From positions 1-22,525 of the forward strand of contig JBKPAK010000172.1 of the NCBI GenBank assembly GCA_046726415.1: a stretch of DNA of 22,525 nt, read 5' to 3'. Source of the DNA: Candidatus Methylomirabilota bacterium (lineage in GTDB: Bacteria > Methylomirabilota > Methylomirabilia > Rokubacteriales > CSP1-6). The notes below the pieces were generated by a model. It was not told where the DNA came from. It searched no databases and saw nothing but the letters and a program-made list of their open reading frames with translations. Below, piece by piece: positions 1-7,968 of the stretch; positions within the stretch are counted from its first letter, which is position 1, and every line of letters begins with the position of its first letter. Position numbers and translations under genes: made by a program.

Positions 1-336
1 CGCGACAGCAAGTGGACCGATGACTTCCGCCGTATCGTCCAACGCGCCGGGGTGCGGATCGTGCTGATGCCCGTCCGGGCGCCGAATGCCACCGCCTACG
101 CGGAGCGCTTCGTGCGCTCGATCCGAGAGGAGTGTCTCGACCGCCTGATCCTCTTCGGGGAGCGTCGGCTCTTCCGCGCCCTCGACGAGTTCGTCGCTCA
201 CTACCATGGCGAGCGGAACCATCAAGGGCTCGGCAACGAGTTGATCGACCCGGCAGCCGCTGTCGCGGGCGCGACCCGGGTGCGCTGTCGGGACCGGCTA
301 GGAGGGCTGTTGCGCTACTACCACCGTGCAGCCTGA
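1..336 (+). mobile_element. Integrase core (rve) domain transposase/integrase, 3' part (5'-truncated by window edge)
   Basis: Frame 1 is open from base 1: RDSKW..F...GVRIVLMPVRAPNATAYAERFVRSIREECLDRLILFGERRL..ALDEFVAHYHGERNHQGLGN...RDRLGGLLRYYHRAA. This is the characteristic C-terminal half of rve/DDE integrase-core proteins. Confidence 0.88.
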
Positions 337-452
337 GCATGGGATGAGTTTTCGGACAGTACGGGCCGGCCGCGCGCACAGTCGCCGTCAAGTTCGCTAG
401 CTTGGCGTCGACGGCGCGGCTCCGCCTTCAGCGGCTCATAACGTTGCCCGAC

Positions 453-2570
453 TCACTTGAGCACGTTACTGGCTTCCGCTTCGTCGATATACCGCTGCAC
501 GTCGTCGGCAAGAAGGAATCCGTCTTGCTGGAGCTTCTGCGCCGCCTTCGCGACTTCCTTCACGTACCCGGCGTGATTTTTGTAGCGTTCTTCGAGCGAT
601 TTGCGCGGGTCGCCGATTGCCTGGCGCTGGGCCTTGGTCGTCTGGAAGGGGATGTACTGGCCATTCGCTTCACAGCCGTCGTTGCCCCCGGTCGCGGCCG
701 CCCGCAGCGCCCAGCCGGTCGTGGTGGCAATCGGCGCCTCGACCCCCGGCAGGCGGACGCCGGCGATTTCGTTGCCGTCGTCGTCCACCTTCGAGACAAA
801 GATCGGATAGGACGGCCGGCCTACAATCGATGGCGGGTAGTTCGACAGGATGCCGTTATCGAAATCCGGCCCGAAGTCGAGGAAGTAGCGGGTCGTGATC
901 ACACCCGTGTAAAGCACGCCCGGGATGTTCGGCCAGCCCAGTTCCTGCTGCGGAACGACTCCCACCTGTGAACCGGGGACCGTCACTGCAAATGCCCTCT
1001 TACCGCCCTCCGGTATCCGGCTCTTCGGCGGCTTGGTTCCGTCGCTCATCCATTGGTCGAGCGCGACCAGGAGCGCGCGATGTGCGCGGTACGGGCTGAC
1101 CGGATTGAGAAATTGCTGGCACGTCGACTTGGTGGTGGCGTCGCCGACACCATGCGACAGCCCCGACATCAGGTAGTAGCGTACGTCGTCCGGATCCTTC
1201 AGATCCTTGCCACGCGTGTCTGTATGCAGCAGGGAACCGGCCTTGACCCAGTACTCGTTCGCGGTATTGACTTCGAAGCGCTTGGGGCAGGTGTTGGTCT
1301 CCGTGCAGCGCGCATCGCGGCCGTCAGTCTTGCCGCTCAGGTGATCGGTCAGCGTCTCATGGGCGAACGGAAACACGCCTTCGGGGTACAGGTGATTCTG
1401 CCGATTGCGCTCCGTTCTGCCGGGCTGGGCGAACCGATAGTTGATCTGATCGCCGCTGCCGCCACCGGTATGGCTCAATATGCCGTCCAGGACGCGGAAG
1501 CCGTTTTCGTCCTCGTTGAAGCCGAGGTGCACGAAGTCATTCAAGGTGCGTGACGGCTGCGAAATTGAGTAGCTGAAGGTGTGCAGCACGTCGCCGGCGA
1601 GCGGATTGCCCTGAGCCGCCGTGCCGTGCCGCAGGAATGAGACCCAGTCGCGTGTCGCCGCCAGACCAATTCCGGTCACGACGGGATTCTTCGCCGTGTA
1701 CGTGAACTCGTAGATCCAGCTTCGCTGAAATGGCGTTCCGGCCGGCAACAGCCGGATCGCGGTCCTGGTTGCGTCCGTGTACGCCCAGCTGCCCGCTGGT
1801 ACGACCATCGGCGTGTCGTTCAGGAGCGCGCGCGCCGTGAGCACCGCATCGTCCGGCGTCGCCGCCGGATAAGTCAGCGCGAATGTCATCCTCGACGCGG
1901 CGCTTGCGCTGTCATTCACCAGGTATTCGTACGAAGGCCCGGTGATGTCGGTGCTGGCCGATCCCGCCGGGAAATGCGCCGTGGGAAGCGAGATCGTCAT
2001 CCCGCCACCGGTAGCGGAACCCGGCGTGGCGCCCACATCCCATCCGTTGCCGACCACGGTGTAACCCCGGCTCATGACGAACCCGGTGCCGGCATCCGCG
2101 GCCGTACTCGGATCGTTGGTAAGGGGCGGATTGTCGAGCGAGAACTCATTGAGTCTGGCGAGGCGCATCTCGCCGCGGTTGTTCATATCAAGCAGCACCC
2201 GGTGGTTGCCGTTGCCCAGGTTGATCGGCTTGAGAATGAAGATATCCATCGAATACTGGACCTTCCCGTTCGCATTGCGCGGCGCGAGCGAGATGTCGGT
2301 GATGACGTCGTTGTGCTGGTCGAGGGGGTCGAGCTCGCCGAAGGCGGTGCCGCGCAGCTTTTCGTACTGGCCTACGGTACCGAACGACAATCCGCCGAAC
2401 GTGGGCGATTGTCCGGGGCAGAACGTAGGCGACTGCGACCGGGCGCAGTCGATGACGATGTGCGTAATGCGCGCTTCCGCGGCCGGTGCGGCGACGAGCG
2501 CGGCAACGAGTGATGAAGCGAGGGTAATCCCGAAGCTGGTACGGCGAGACAAGCCGGGAAAATGTCTCAT
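453..2570 (-). CDS. Secreted alpha/beta-hydrolase-domain protein (Abhydrolase_10-like family), 705 aa
   Basis: Long ORF with an AGGAGG RBS. N-terminal signal peptide ends ...APAAEA. Family-like motifs: FG.VGQYEKLRG.AFGELDP, GIGLAATRDWVSFLR, QINYRFAQPGR, FPFA, EYWVKAGSL, VDDDGNEIAGVRLP, DPRKSLEERY. Confidence 0.8.
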   Translation of the reverse strand: MRHFPGLSRRTSFGITLASSLVAALVAAPAAEARITHIVIDCARSQSPTFCPGQSPTFGGLSFGTVGQYEKLRGTAFGELDPLDQHNDVITDISLAPRNANGKVQYSMDIFILKPINLGNGNHRVLLDMNNRGEMRLARLNEFSLDNPPLTNDPSTAADAGTGFVMSRGYTVVGNGWDVGATPGSATGGGMTISLPTAHFPAGSASTDITGPSYEYLVNDSASAASRMTFALTYPAATPDDAVLTARALLNDTPMVVPAGSWAYTDATRTAIRLLPAGTPFQRSWIYEFTYTAKNPVVTGIGLAATRDWVSFLRHGTAAQGNPLAGDVLHTFSYSISQPSRTLNDFVHLGFNEDENGFRVLDGILSHTGGGSGDQINYRFAQPGRTERNRQNHLYPEGVFPFAHETLTDHLSGKTDGRDARCTETNTCPKRFEVNTANEYWVKAGSLLHTDTRGKDLKDPDDVRYYLMSGLSHGVGDATTKSTCQQFLNPVSPYRAHRALLVALDQWMSDGTKPPKSRIPEGGKRAFAVTVPGSQVGVVPQQELGWPNIPGVLYTGVITTRYFLDFGPDFDNGILSNYPPSIVGRPSYPIFVSKVDDDGNEIAGVRLPGVEAPIATTTGWALRAAATGGNDGCEANGQYIPFQTTKAQRQAIGDPRKSLEERYKNHAGYVKEVAKAAQKLQQDGFLLADDVQRYIDEAEASNVLK

Positions 2571-2859
2571 GGCTGCCTCCTATGGAAAGAAGCTGCTGTT
2601 TCTCTCTTTTCGTTCTCCTGGAGGGAGGCCGTAGCGGCAACGGCCTTCTCTAGGCCATGCGATTGCCCGTTGGATGCTAGACCAGTCGTTTCGCAACGTC
2701 AAACTATCCCCGCGTGCTCCGTCGTGATACGACTACACACGAACGCGGCGCGCGCTTGCGCGCGTCATGTTCACACTGTGGCCTCAAGCCCCAGCGGGAC
2801 CACAATCAGCAGATCGCCGTACTCAGCCGTTCTGAGTCTCCGGCCTCACGCCTTCCAGC

Positions 2860-3404
2860 GCCTAGGAAACTTTAGCGCCCGTCGGCGCTGCACGACCCGC
2901 GCGGCGGACCGCAGGCCGACCGGGGAATGCCATCGTCCCCTGGGCTGGGCACCCGACAGAGCGCGGACACAGCGCCGTTTGACTCCAACTCCTGCGGGGA
3001 TGGGACACTCGGAACCCGGACGTGGTCAAGGGCGGCGGGAGTGAGGCAGACCGTCGCCCTGGCGGGGTAGGTGCCGTCGGCGATCGGGCAGCCCTTTGAG
3101 CGGGCTGTTGGGGGAGGGTTACGGGGTGGCGGCGGTGTGGGCGAGCTGGGGCGGGGCCGGGGGTGTCGGGACCCGGCGCCAACGTAAGGTGGGCGAGGAT
3201 GGCGCGCACGACCGCCGGATCCTGGATGGTGGCGACGACGCGCAGCCGGCCGCCACAACGGGGACAGGCGAGGACATCGAGATCGAGCGCACGGCGCATC
3301 AACGCCGCCCAGGTCCAGGCGTGCGTGGGGAAGGCAGGGCGGGCCTCGGGCGTGAGGGCGGCGGCGTCTGGGGCCGGGCGGCCGTAGCGGACGAGCCCGT
3401 CACG
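2860..3404 (-). mobile_element. Remnant of an IS91-like (rolling-circle) transposase: C-terminal coding fragment plus downstream end region
   Basis: Minus strand reads ...VRYGRPAP...WTWAALMRRALDLDVLACPRCGGRLRVVATIQDPAVVRAILAHL...P.PAP, a typical IS91-family transposase C-terminus with CxxCGG. The catalytic N-terminal region is absent. Boundaries are approximate. Confidence 0.75.
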
Positions 3405-3487
3405 TTCTCGGCTGAAGCGGTCTCTGCTCTACGCGGCCACTGCGACCCCCGCGAAGGGAATGGGCGGTATCACGTCCGAGTGACAAA

Positions 3488-3513
3488 TCCCGTTGCGGAT
3501 TCGAACCCGTGTT
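3488..3513 (-). other. Degenerate tRNA 3' fragment (T-arm; tRNA-Glu-like), possible old att scar
   Basis: Reverse complement AACACGGGTTCGAATCCGCAACGGGA contains a GGTTCGAATCC T-loop and resembles the tRNA-Glu 3' region (AACACGGGTTCGAATCCCGT...). There is no D-arm or anticodon arm, and the T-stem is broken. Confidence 0.4.
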
Positions 3514-3811
3514 GATCGCCACTTTCAGTATCTAAAGGGAAGCTCGAACCCGGAGGTGGACTCTTTAGCGGCTCAAGCGGGGCCGCGAACCCAACTGCGG
3601 CACGCCTCGGGCCGGGCGTTCTCTGGGCGTCCCGCACGGCGGGCGTGCCGATGAGCTGGAGGACGAGTTTGGGCCTGCGGCGACAAGACCGGAGCTGGCG
3701 CAACTTCCGCCACAGGGAGGGTTGGCGTGGGCGGCCGGAGGCTCGACGAGCTGATAGCCGATCAAACCATCGACGGGTCACTCGCAGAACCTCTGGCCGG
3801 GTGAGTAAGGC

Positions 3812-3830
3812 TGCTACCACTGCGCTACCA
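3812..3830 (+). repeat. Paired direct repeat YGCTACCA (11-bp period), putative integrase arm-type sites upstream of the att core
   Basis: tgctacca at 3812-3819 and cgctacca at 3823-3830. The same motif pair recurs at 4030-4048. Confidence 0.65.
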
Positions 3831-3936
3831 ACACATCCCGAACTATGCCGATACACGCGCAGCATGGTTCAGTCCTGAGTCCTGAAATCCTCGGGGCTTG
3901 CGTCGTCGTCGGTGTCGGTAGGTGTCTTCGGGGACA

Positions 3937-3982
3937 ATTCGTAATCAGCAGGCCGCGGGTTCAAACCCCGCCCCCGGCTCCA
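3937..3982 (+). other. 3' half of tRNA-Thr(CGT): att-site core, not a complete tRNA gene
   Basis: TTCGTAA anticodon loop, TCAGC 3' stem strand, AGGCC variable loop, GCGGG-TTCAAAC-CCCGC T-arm, CCCCGGC acceptor strand, T discriminator and CCA. Upstream sequence supplies no 5' acceptor strand, D-arm or 5' anticodon stem. Confidence 0.85.
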
Positions 3983-4029
3983 TTGTTCTCGGGCACTTCC
4001 AGGGCCTCTCCACCACCCGACCCCCGGCT

Positions 4030-4048
4030 TGCTACCGTTTTGCTACCA
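4030..4048 (+). repeat. Paired direct repeat TGCTACCR (11-bp period), putative integrase arm-type sites downstream of the att core
   Basis: tgctaccg at 4030-4037 and tgctacca at 4041-4048, in the same orientation and spacing as the 3812-3830 pair. Confidence 0.65.
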
Positions 4049-4237
4049 CTCTGGTCGTCGAGTCGATTGATGGCAGCCTTGTTGCCCGTCAGATTGACAA
4101 GCCTTATCCGGGACGGCCAGACTCACGGACCCGTCCACCGCTTTCCACCGGCGAATTCCGGCGCTCTGTTCAGTGAGCCTGAGCGGCTAAAATCTCGTCA
4201 GTCCGATGACACTCGCCGAGGACTCGATGAAGAAGTT

Positions 4238-5776
4238 ATGCTGACCGGACCGACCAGAGCCTCAGCTCCGCCGCCTGATGCGCCTCGAATCGACGCCAGG
4301 CCCGCGCGCGACCGCCGTCTCGTAGAGATGCTCCTGCTCGGTCTCCTGACCTACTACGCACTCACTCTCGGCGGTCATCATTACTCGATCGACGGCATCC
4401 TGATGTTCGAGGCCGCCAAGCAGCTCCTCTTCCAGCGTAGTTTTGGCTTCGACCCGCCAATCGTGTGGGGCTCGAGGACGCTCTTCACGAGTTTCTACGG
4501 AATCGGCCTGACCTTGGCCTACGTGCCCGGTCTCATCCTGCTTGCTCCGTTTGCCGCCTGGATCCCGCACCTCACCACCGTCCCCTTCACTCCGGGCCTG
4601 CGCTACAATCCCGCCCTGTACAGTAACCTTCCATACCTGCTCTCCTCGTGGCTGAATCCGCTGATCACTGCGGTGACCGCCATTCTTGTGTTCCGACTCG
4701 CGCGAGGGCTCAGCCTCTCGGCCCGATGGTCGGTCGGTGCCGCGCTCGTCTACGGGCTGGCCTCGCCAGCGGTCGCGTACGCGCGCTTCGACTTCGCGCA
4801 GCCCCTGGCGAGTCTCGCCCTGACCGGCGCCCTCGTGCTGCTCCGCGGGGCGCGCGCACGGCACCGACTGGTAGGAGCGGGGCTGAGCCTGGGCGCTATG
4901 ATCCTGACCCGGCCGGAACTAGTCATCCTCACGCCGTTAATCCTGGCCTGGGTCGTGGTCAGTACACGGCGAGTCCGGGATGCCATCCCGGTCACGATCC
5001 CAATCGTCGTCGCCGTCGCTCTTAACCTGGTTGTGAACCGGGCCCGGCACGGGAGCGCGACCACGACGGGATTTCGATCGCTGGCGACAATATGCAGCAG
5101 CTCGCCGTTCGATGTCGCTGTGGGCATCTTCCGACTCTTGGCGGGGCCCAGCCACGGCCTCCTCGTCTTCTTTCCCCTTGCGTGGCTCGGCCTGCTCGGA
5201 CTGGCATCGATGCTCAGAGCTGAGCGAGCGGTGGCGCTGCTCTGGGGTGGACTTCTCGTCACGGGTCTGCTGTTCTACGGCGCCATCAGCTTCTGGTGGG
5301 GTGGCTGGAGCTGGGGCCCGCGTTTCCTGCTCACGTTCGTGCCGCCGCTGGCCGTGGCCGCCTCCTTCTGGGTCTCCGCCGGAAGGCAGGGGGCTCCCCC
5401 CTGGCGTCTGGCGCTCTTCTTTAGTCTCGGTGCGGTGGGCGTTCTGGTTGCCTGGAACGGCATCCTCGTCGACTTCGTCACCTTTTATGGATGGCTCGAG
5501 CGGAAGGGAGAGCTTCCTGGTCACGCCCTGGCCCAGCTCCGGATCTGGCCGTCTCCGCTCGCCTCCGGATGGGCGCTCCTGGGCCTATCCTCGCCAGATC
5601 TTCTGTGGCTCCGCACCTGGCGCGTTGGCGGCGGAGTGCGCTTGGCTGGCCTCATGGCGGTCGCCCTACTGATGGCTATCCTGGCATGGTCGTCGACCCG
5701 AATGGCCGCGCTCCTCAGAGCGGACGCGCATGCTACCGCGCATGTTACGGCAGGGTCAACTTCCGTCAGTACTTGA
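4238..5776 (+). CDS. Polytopic membrane glycosyltransferase, GT-C fold (ArnT/PMT-like, lipid-phosphate-sugar dependent)
   Basis: Many hydrophobic helices. An acidic motif follows TM1 (HHYSIDG), with SFYGIG, YARFDFAQP, LTRPE and WWGGWSWGPRFLL downstream. The start is placed at ATG 4238 because the longer ORF from 3845 runs through the tRNA fragment; exact start uncertain. Confidence 0.7.
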   Translation: MLTGPTRASAPPPDAPRIDARPARDRRLVEMLLLGLLTYYALTLGGHHYSIDGILMFEAAKQLLFQRSFGFDPPIVWGSRTLFTSFYGIGLTLAYVPGLILLAPFAAWIPHLTTVPFTPGLRYNPALYSNLPYLLSSWLNPLITAVTAILVFRLARGLSLSARWSVGAALVYGLASPAVAYARFDFAQPLASLALTGALVLLRGARARHRLVGAGLSLGAMILTRPELVILTPLILAWVVVSTRRVRDAIPVTIPIVVAVALNLVVNRARHGSATTTGFRSLATICSSSPFDVAVGIFRLLAGPSHGLLVFFPLAWLGLLGLASMLRAERAVALLWGGLLVTGLLFYGAISFWWGGWSWGPRFLLTFVPPLAVAASFWVSAGRQGAPPWRLALFFSLGAVGVLVAWNGILVDFVTFYGWLERKGELPGHALAQLRIWPSPLASGWALLGLSSPDLLWLRTWRVGGGVRLAGLMAVALLMAILAWSSTRMAALLRADAHATAHVTAGSTSVST

Positions 5777-5786
5777 TGGCCAACGG

Positions 5787-5903
5787 ATTCCCATCGTCCA
5801 GCTCGCCGGGGCCACCGAGACCGGATTCATGTGCGGCAACCATCCGGCCCATCGCAAGCACGGCTCGATCGGCCAGCCGACCCTTAACATGCGTGTCGTC
5901 GTG
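5787..5903 (+). pseudogene. Short fragment resembling an AMP-binding (acyl-CoA synthetase-like) enzyme
   Basis: IPIVQLAGATETGFMCGNHPAHRKHGSIGQPTLNMRVVV resembles the YGxTETG...N.P...GS.G.P segment of adenylate-forming enzymes. No flanking domains are present. Confidence 0.4.
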
Positions 5904-6065
5904 GCTCCGTGGTTCGGATTTCGGGGACATGCGATCGGCTGACAACGATTCTTTGTCAAGGCGGAAGGCACCCTCCATTCTGTGCTCGACCCGCCTCCCA
6001 GGGTTGTTCCGGTCGGGGCGGCGTGTGGCCTGGGACGGCGCGACGCGCACGCGGCTGGGAGCGCG

Positions 6066-6830
6066 TCAGCTCCACGCCAGCCTTCGGCCGTCGCGCTCGA
6101 GGAAACGCGGTCGGACAAGGCCCAGCCTCGCCAGGCGGAACAACGCCGCCCCCCGCAGCACCCCGAGGCCATAGACCACGCTCCGACCGAACGCGATGGA
6201 GGAGGACTCCTTAGTGTAGCGGACGGGGCAGGTTACTTCGGCAATGGCGAAGCCGAACCACATGGCCTGCAGGAGCATCTGGTTGTCGAACACGAAGTCG
6301 TCATCGTTCTCCTGAGGCGGTAGCTCTTGCAAGAGCCGCCGCGAGAACGCTCGGTAGCCGGTATGGTATTCGGAGAGCTTCGCACTCACGAGCAGGTTCT
6401 CCGCCGCGGTCAGGAAGCGGTTGCTGACGTATCTGTAGCGCGGCATGCCTTCCGCGACCGCCTTCCCGCCGAGGATACGCGATCCAAGGGCAACGTCGTA
6501 GAATCCGCTTCCGATGCATGCGGCCAGTGCTGGGATGAGTCGCGGCGTGTACTGGTAGTCGGGGTGCACCACGACGACAATCTCCGCCCCGCGCCGAAGC
6601 GCCTCTGCGTAGCACGTCTTCATGTTCCCGCCGAAGCCGCGATTCTTCGGATGGACGATCGTGTGAAGCTCCAGCCGCCGCGCCTCCTCGACCGTGCGGT
6701 CCCGCGACTGATCGTCCACGACGATGATGTCGTCGACGACGTCCCTCGGAATCTCGAGGACGGTCTTCTCGAGCGTCGCCTCCGCGTTGTATGCGGGCAT
6801 GACGACCGTCACCTTCCGCCCCGAGATCAT
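6066..6830 (-). CDS. Glycosyltransferase family 2 (polyprenol-phosphate sugar synthase / DPM1-like), 254 aa
   Basis: VTVVMPAYNAE, IIVVDDQSRDRT, HPKNRGFGGN, HPDYQY, GSR, HTGYRAFSR and FVFD motifs. Confidence 0.92.
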   Translation of the reverse strand: MISGRKVTVVMPAYNAEATLEKTVLEIPRDVVDDIIVVDDQSRDRTVEEARRLELHTIVHPKNRGFGGNMKTCYAEALRRGAEIVVVVHPDYQYTPRLIPALAACIGSGFYDVALGSRILGGKAVAEGMPRYRYVSNRFLTAAENLLVSAKLSEYHTGYRAFSRRLLQELPPQENDDDFVFDNQMLLQAMWFGFAIAEVTCPVRYTKESSSIAFGRSVVYGLGVLRGAALFRLARLGLVRPRFLERDGRRLAWS

Positions 6831-7573
6831 GCTATCCAGCCGTCAACGCACCGTTTTCGCGGGGTCCACGAGGTACGGGCGTGGGAAGGCCGGTGCTCCG
6901 AGAACTGGGCTCTGGAGAAACCAGCGACGCGGGCACATCACGAAAGCGGGCCACAGCCGCCTGCGTGGCTACTCGTTCAGGTCGCGGTGTCGATGCTGCG
7001 TCTGAGGGCCCCCGAAATGGCGGAGCGGCCGCGTGGGATCGCTGCCCGTCACCGAGTGCGGACGACATCCGCAACAGTGTAGCCCAGACGGAGTCCGAGA
7101 CGATTGGCAGCGGTCACCAGAAGAGGGGCAGGGGTTTGCGCCCTCGCCGTGCGTATGCTCGTCCGGATGAGCGATGACCCCGCCGTTGATCATCGGGACC
7201 GCGTAAGATCGTCCTGGTCGCGCGCGCCGCTGGATCAACGGCCATCCGCGATCCACCGCCGGCGTCGTCGTTCTCGGTATCAACCCTGTCGCATTCTTGC
7301 GGAAGTGCGGTGGAGGCGCAACCCGCGGCCCTGATGTGACCGTCCCAAGCATGACTGATCTCCGAGATCGGCGCGAAAAGACCATGGACAACATCGAGGG
7401 TGGATGATCGGGTTGGTCGCCGTCCCTGTGGGTGGGTGGGGGTGCTGGGGTCCAGGGTGCCGTCTCCGGCTATCTCTCTGTTTTGAATCCAATTGGAAAG
7501 AGAGAGTTGTCCGTACAAGCAGTCATTAAGGTTGACCATCGCACTGAAGTCCATCTCCCCCGAACGAGGAGAC

Positions 7574-7875
7574 ATGACCAACTACGTCACTCACAATACT
7601 GCCGTTACCCACTTCGTTGAAAGCGACGGCCTCCGCTATGCGTATCGGCGTTGGGTCCGGCAGGCGGCGTCCCGCTCGTCTTCTGCCATCGGTTCCACGG
7701 AACCATGGACGATTGGGATCCCGCGGTCGTCGATGCACTGGCGGCGGAACGGCGGGTCATTTTGTTTGACAATGCCGGCATCGGGTTGTCACGGGGGAGA
7801 CGCCCGACAGCGTCAAGGGGATGGCCGACAGGGTTCAGAATTCATTCGGCTGAATGACTTCAAGCCGGTTGATGC
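7574..7875 (+). pseudogene. Frameshifted, truncated alpha/beta-hydrolase pseudogene
   Basis: GAGGAG RBS before ATG 7574. MTNYVTHNTAVTHFVESDGLRYAYRRW continues after a frameshift (~7652) as PAGGVPLVFCHRFHGTMDDWDPAVVDALAAERRVILFDNAGIGLS, then with further shifts as TPDSVKGMAD and EFIR...VD. It ends before the nucleophile motif. Confidence 0.8.
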
Positions 7876-7968
7876 CCCTGCCTCCACAGCCGCGCGCGTC
7901 GCGTGTGCCGGTTGCCGGCGGCGTGCACTTTGGCTATGGTGGGCCCGCCCGAGAGAGGAGGGCGCGCC

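Noticed and set aside
337-365. Candidate right end of the rve-integrase element (gatgagttttcggacagtacggg)
   Set aside because: Plausible by position, but the left end lies outside the window, so no inverted repeat or target duplication can be verified.
3540-3810. Possible tyrosine integrase remnant upstream of the arm repeats
   Set aside because: No HxxR or catalytic Tyr motif was recognisable in the frames read.
3900-3982. Complete tRNA-Thr gene
   Set aside because: No 5' acceptor strand, D-arm or 5' anticodon stem can be formed; only the 3' half is present.
3845-4237. N-terminal extension of the GT-C ORF
   Set aside because: It runs through the tRNA fragment and arm repeats and is not protein-like; treated as non-coding.
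6969-7581. Possible decayed regulator (AraC-like) or HAD fragment, and the TCCAATTGGA palindrome at 7488-7497
   Set aside because: The resemblance is too faint to support without a search, and a single 10-bp palindrome can occur by chance.
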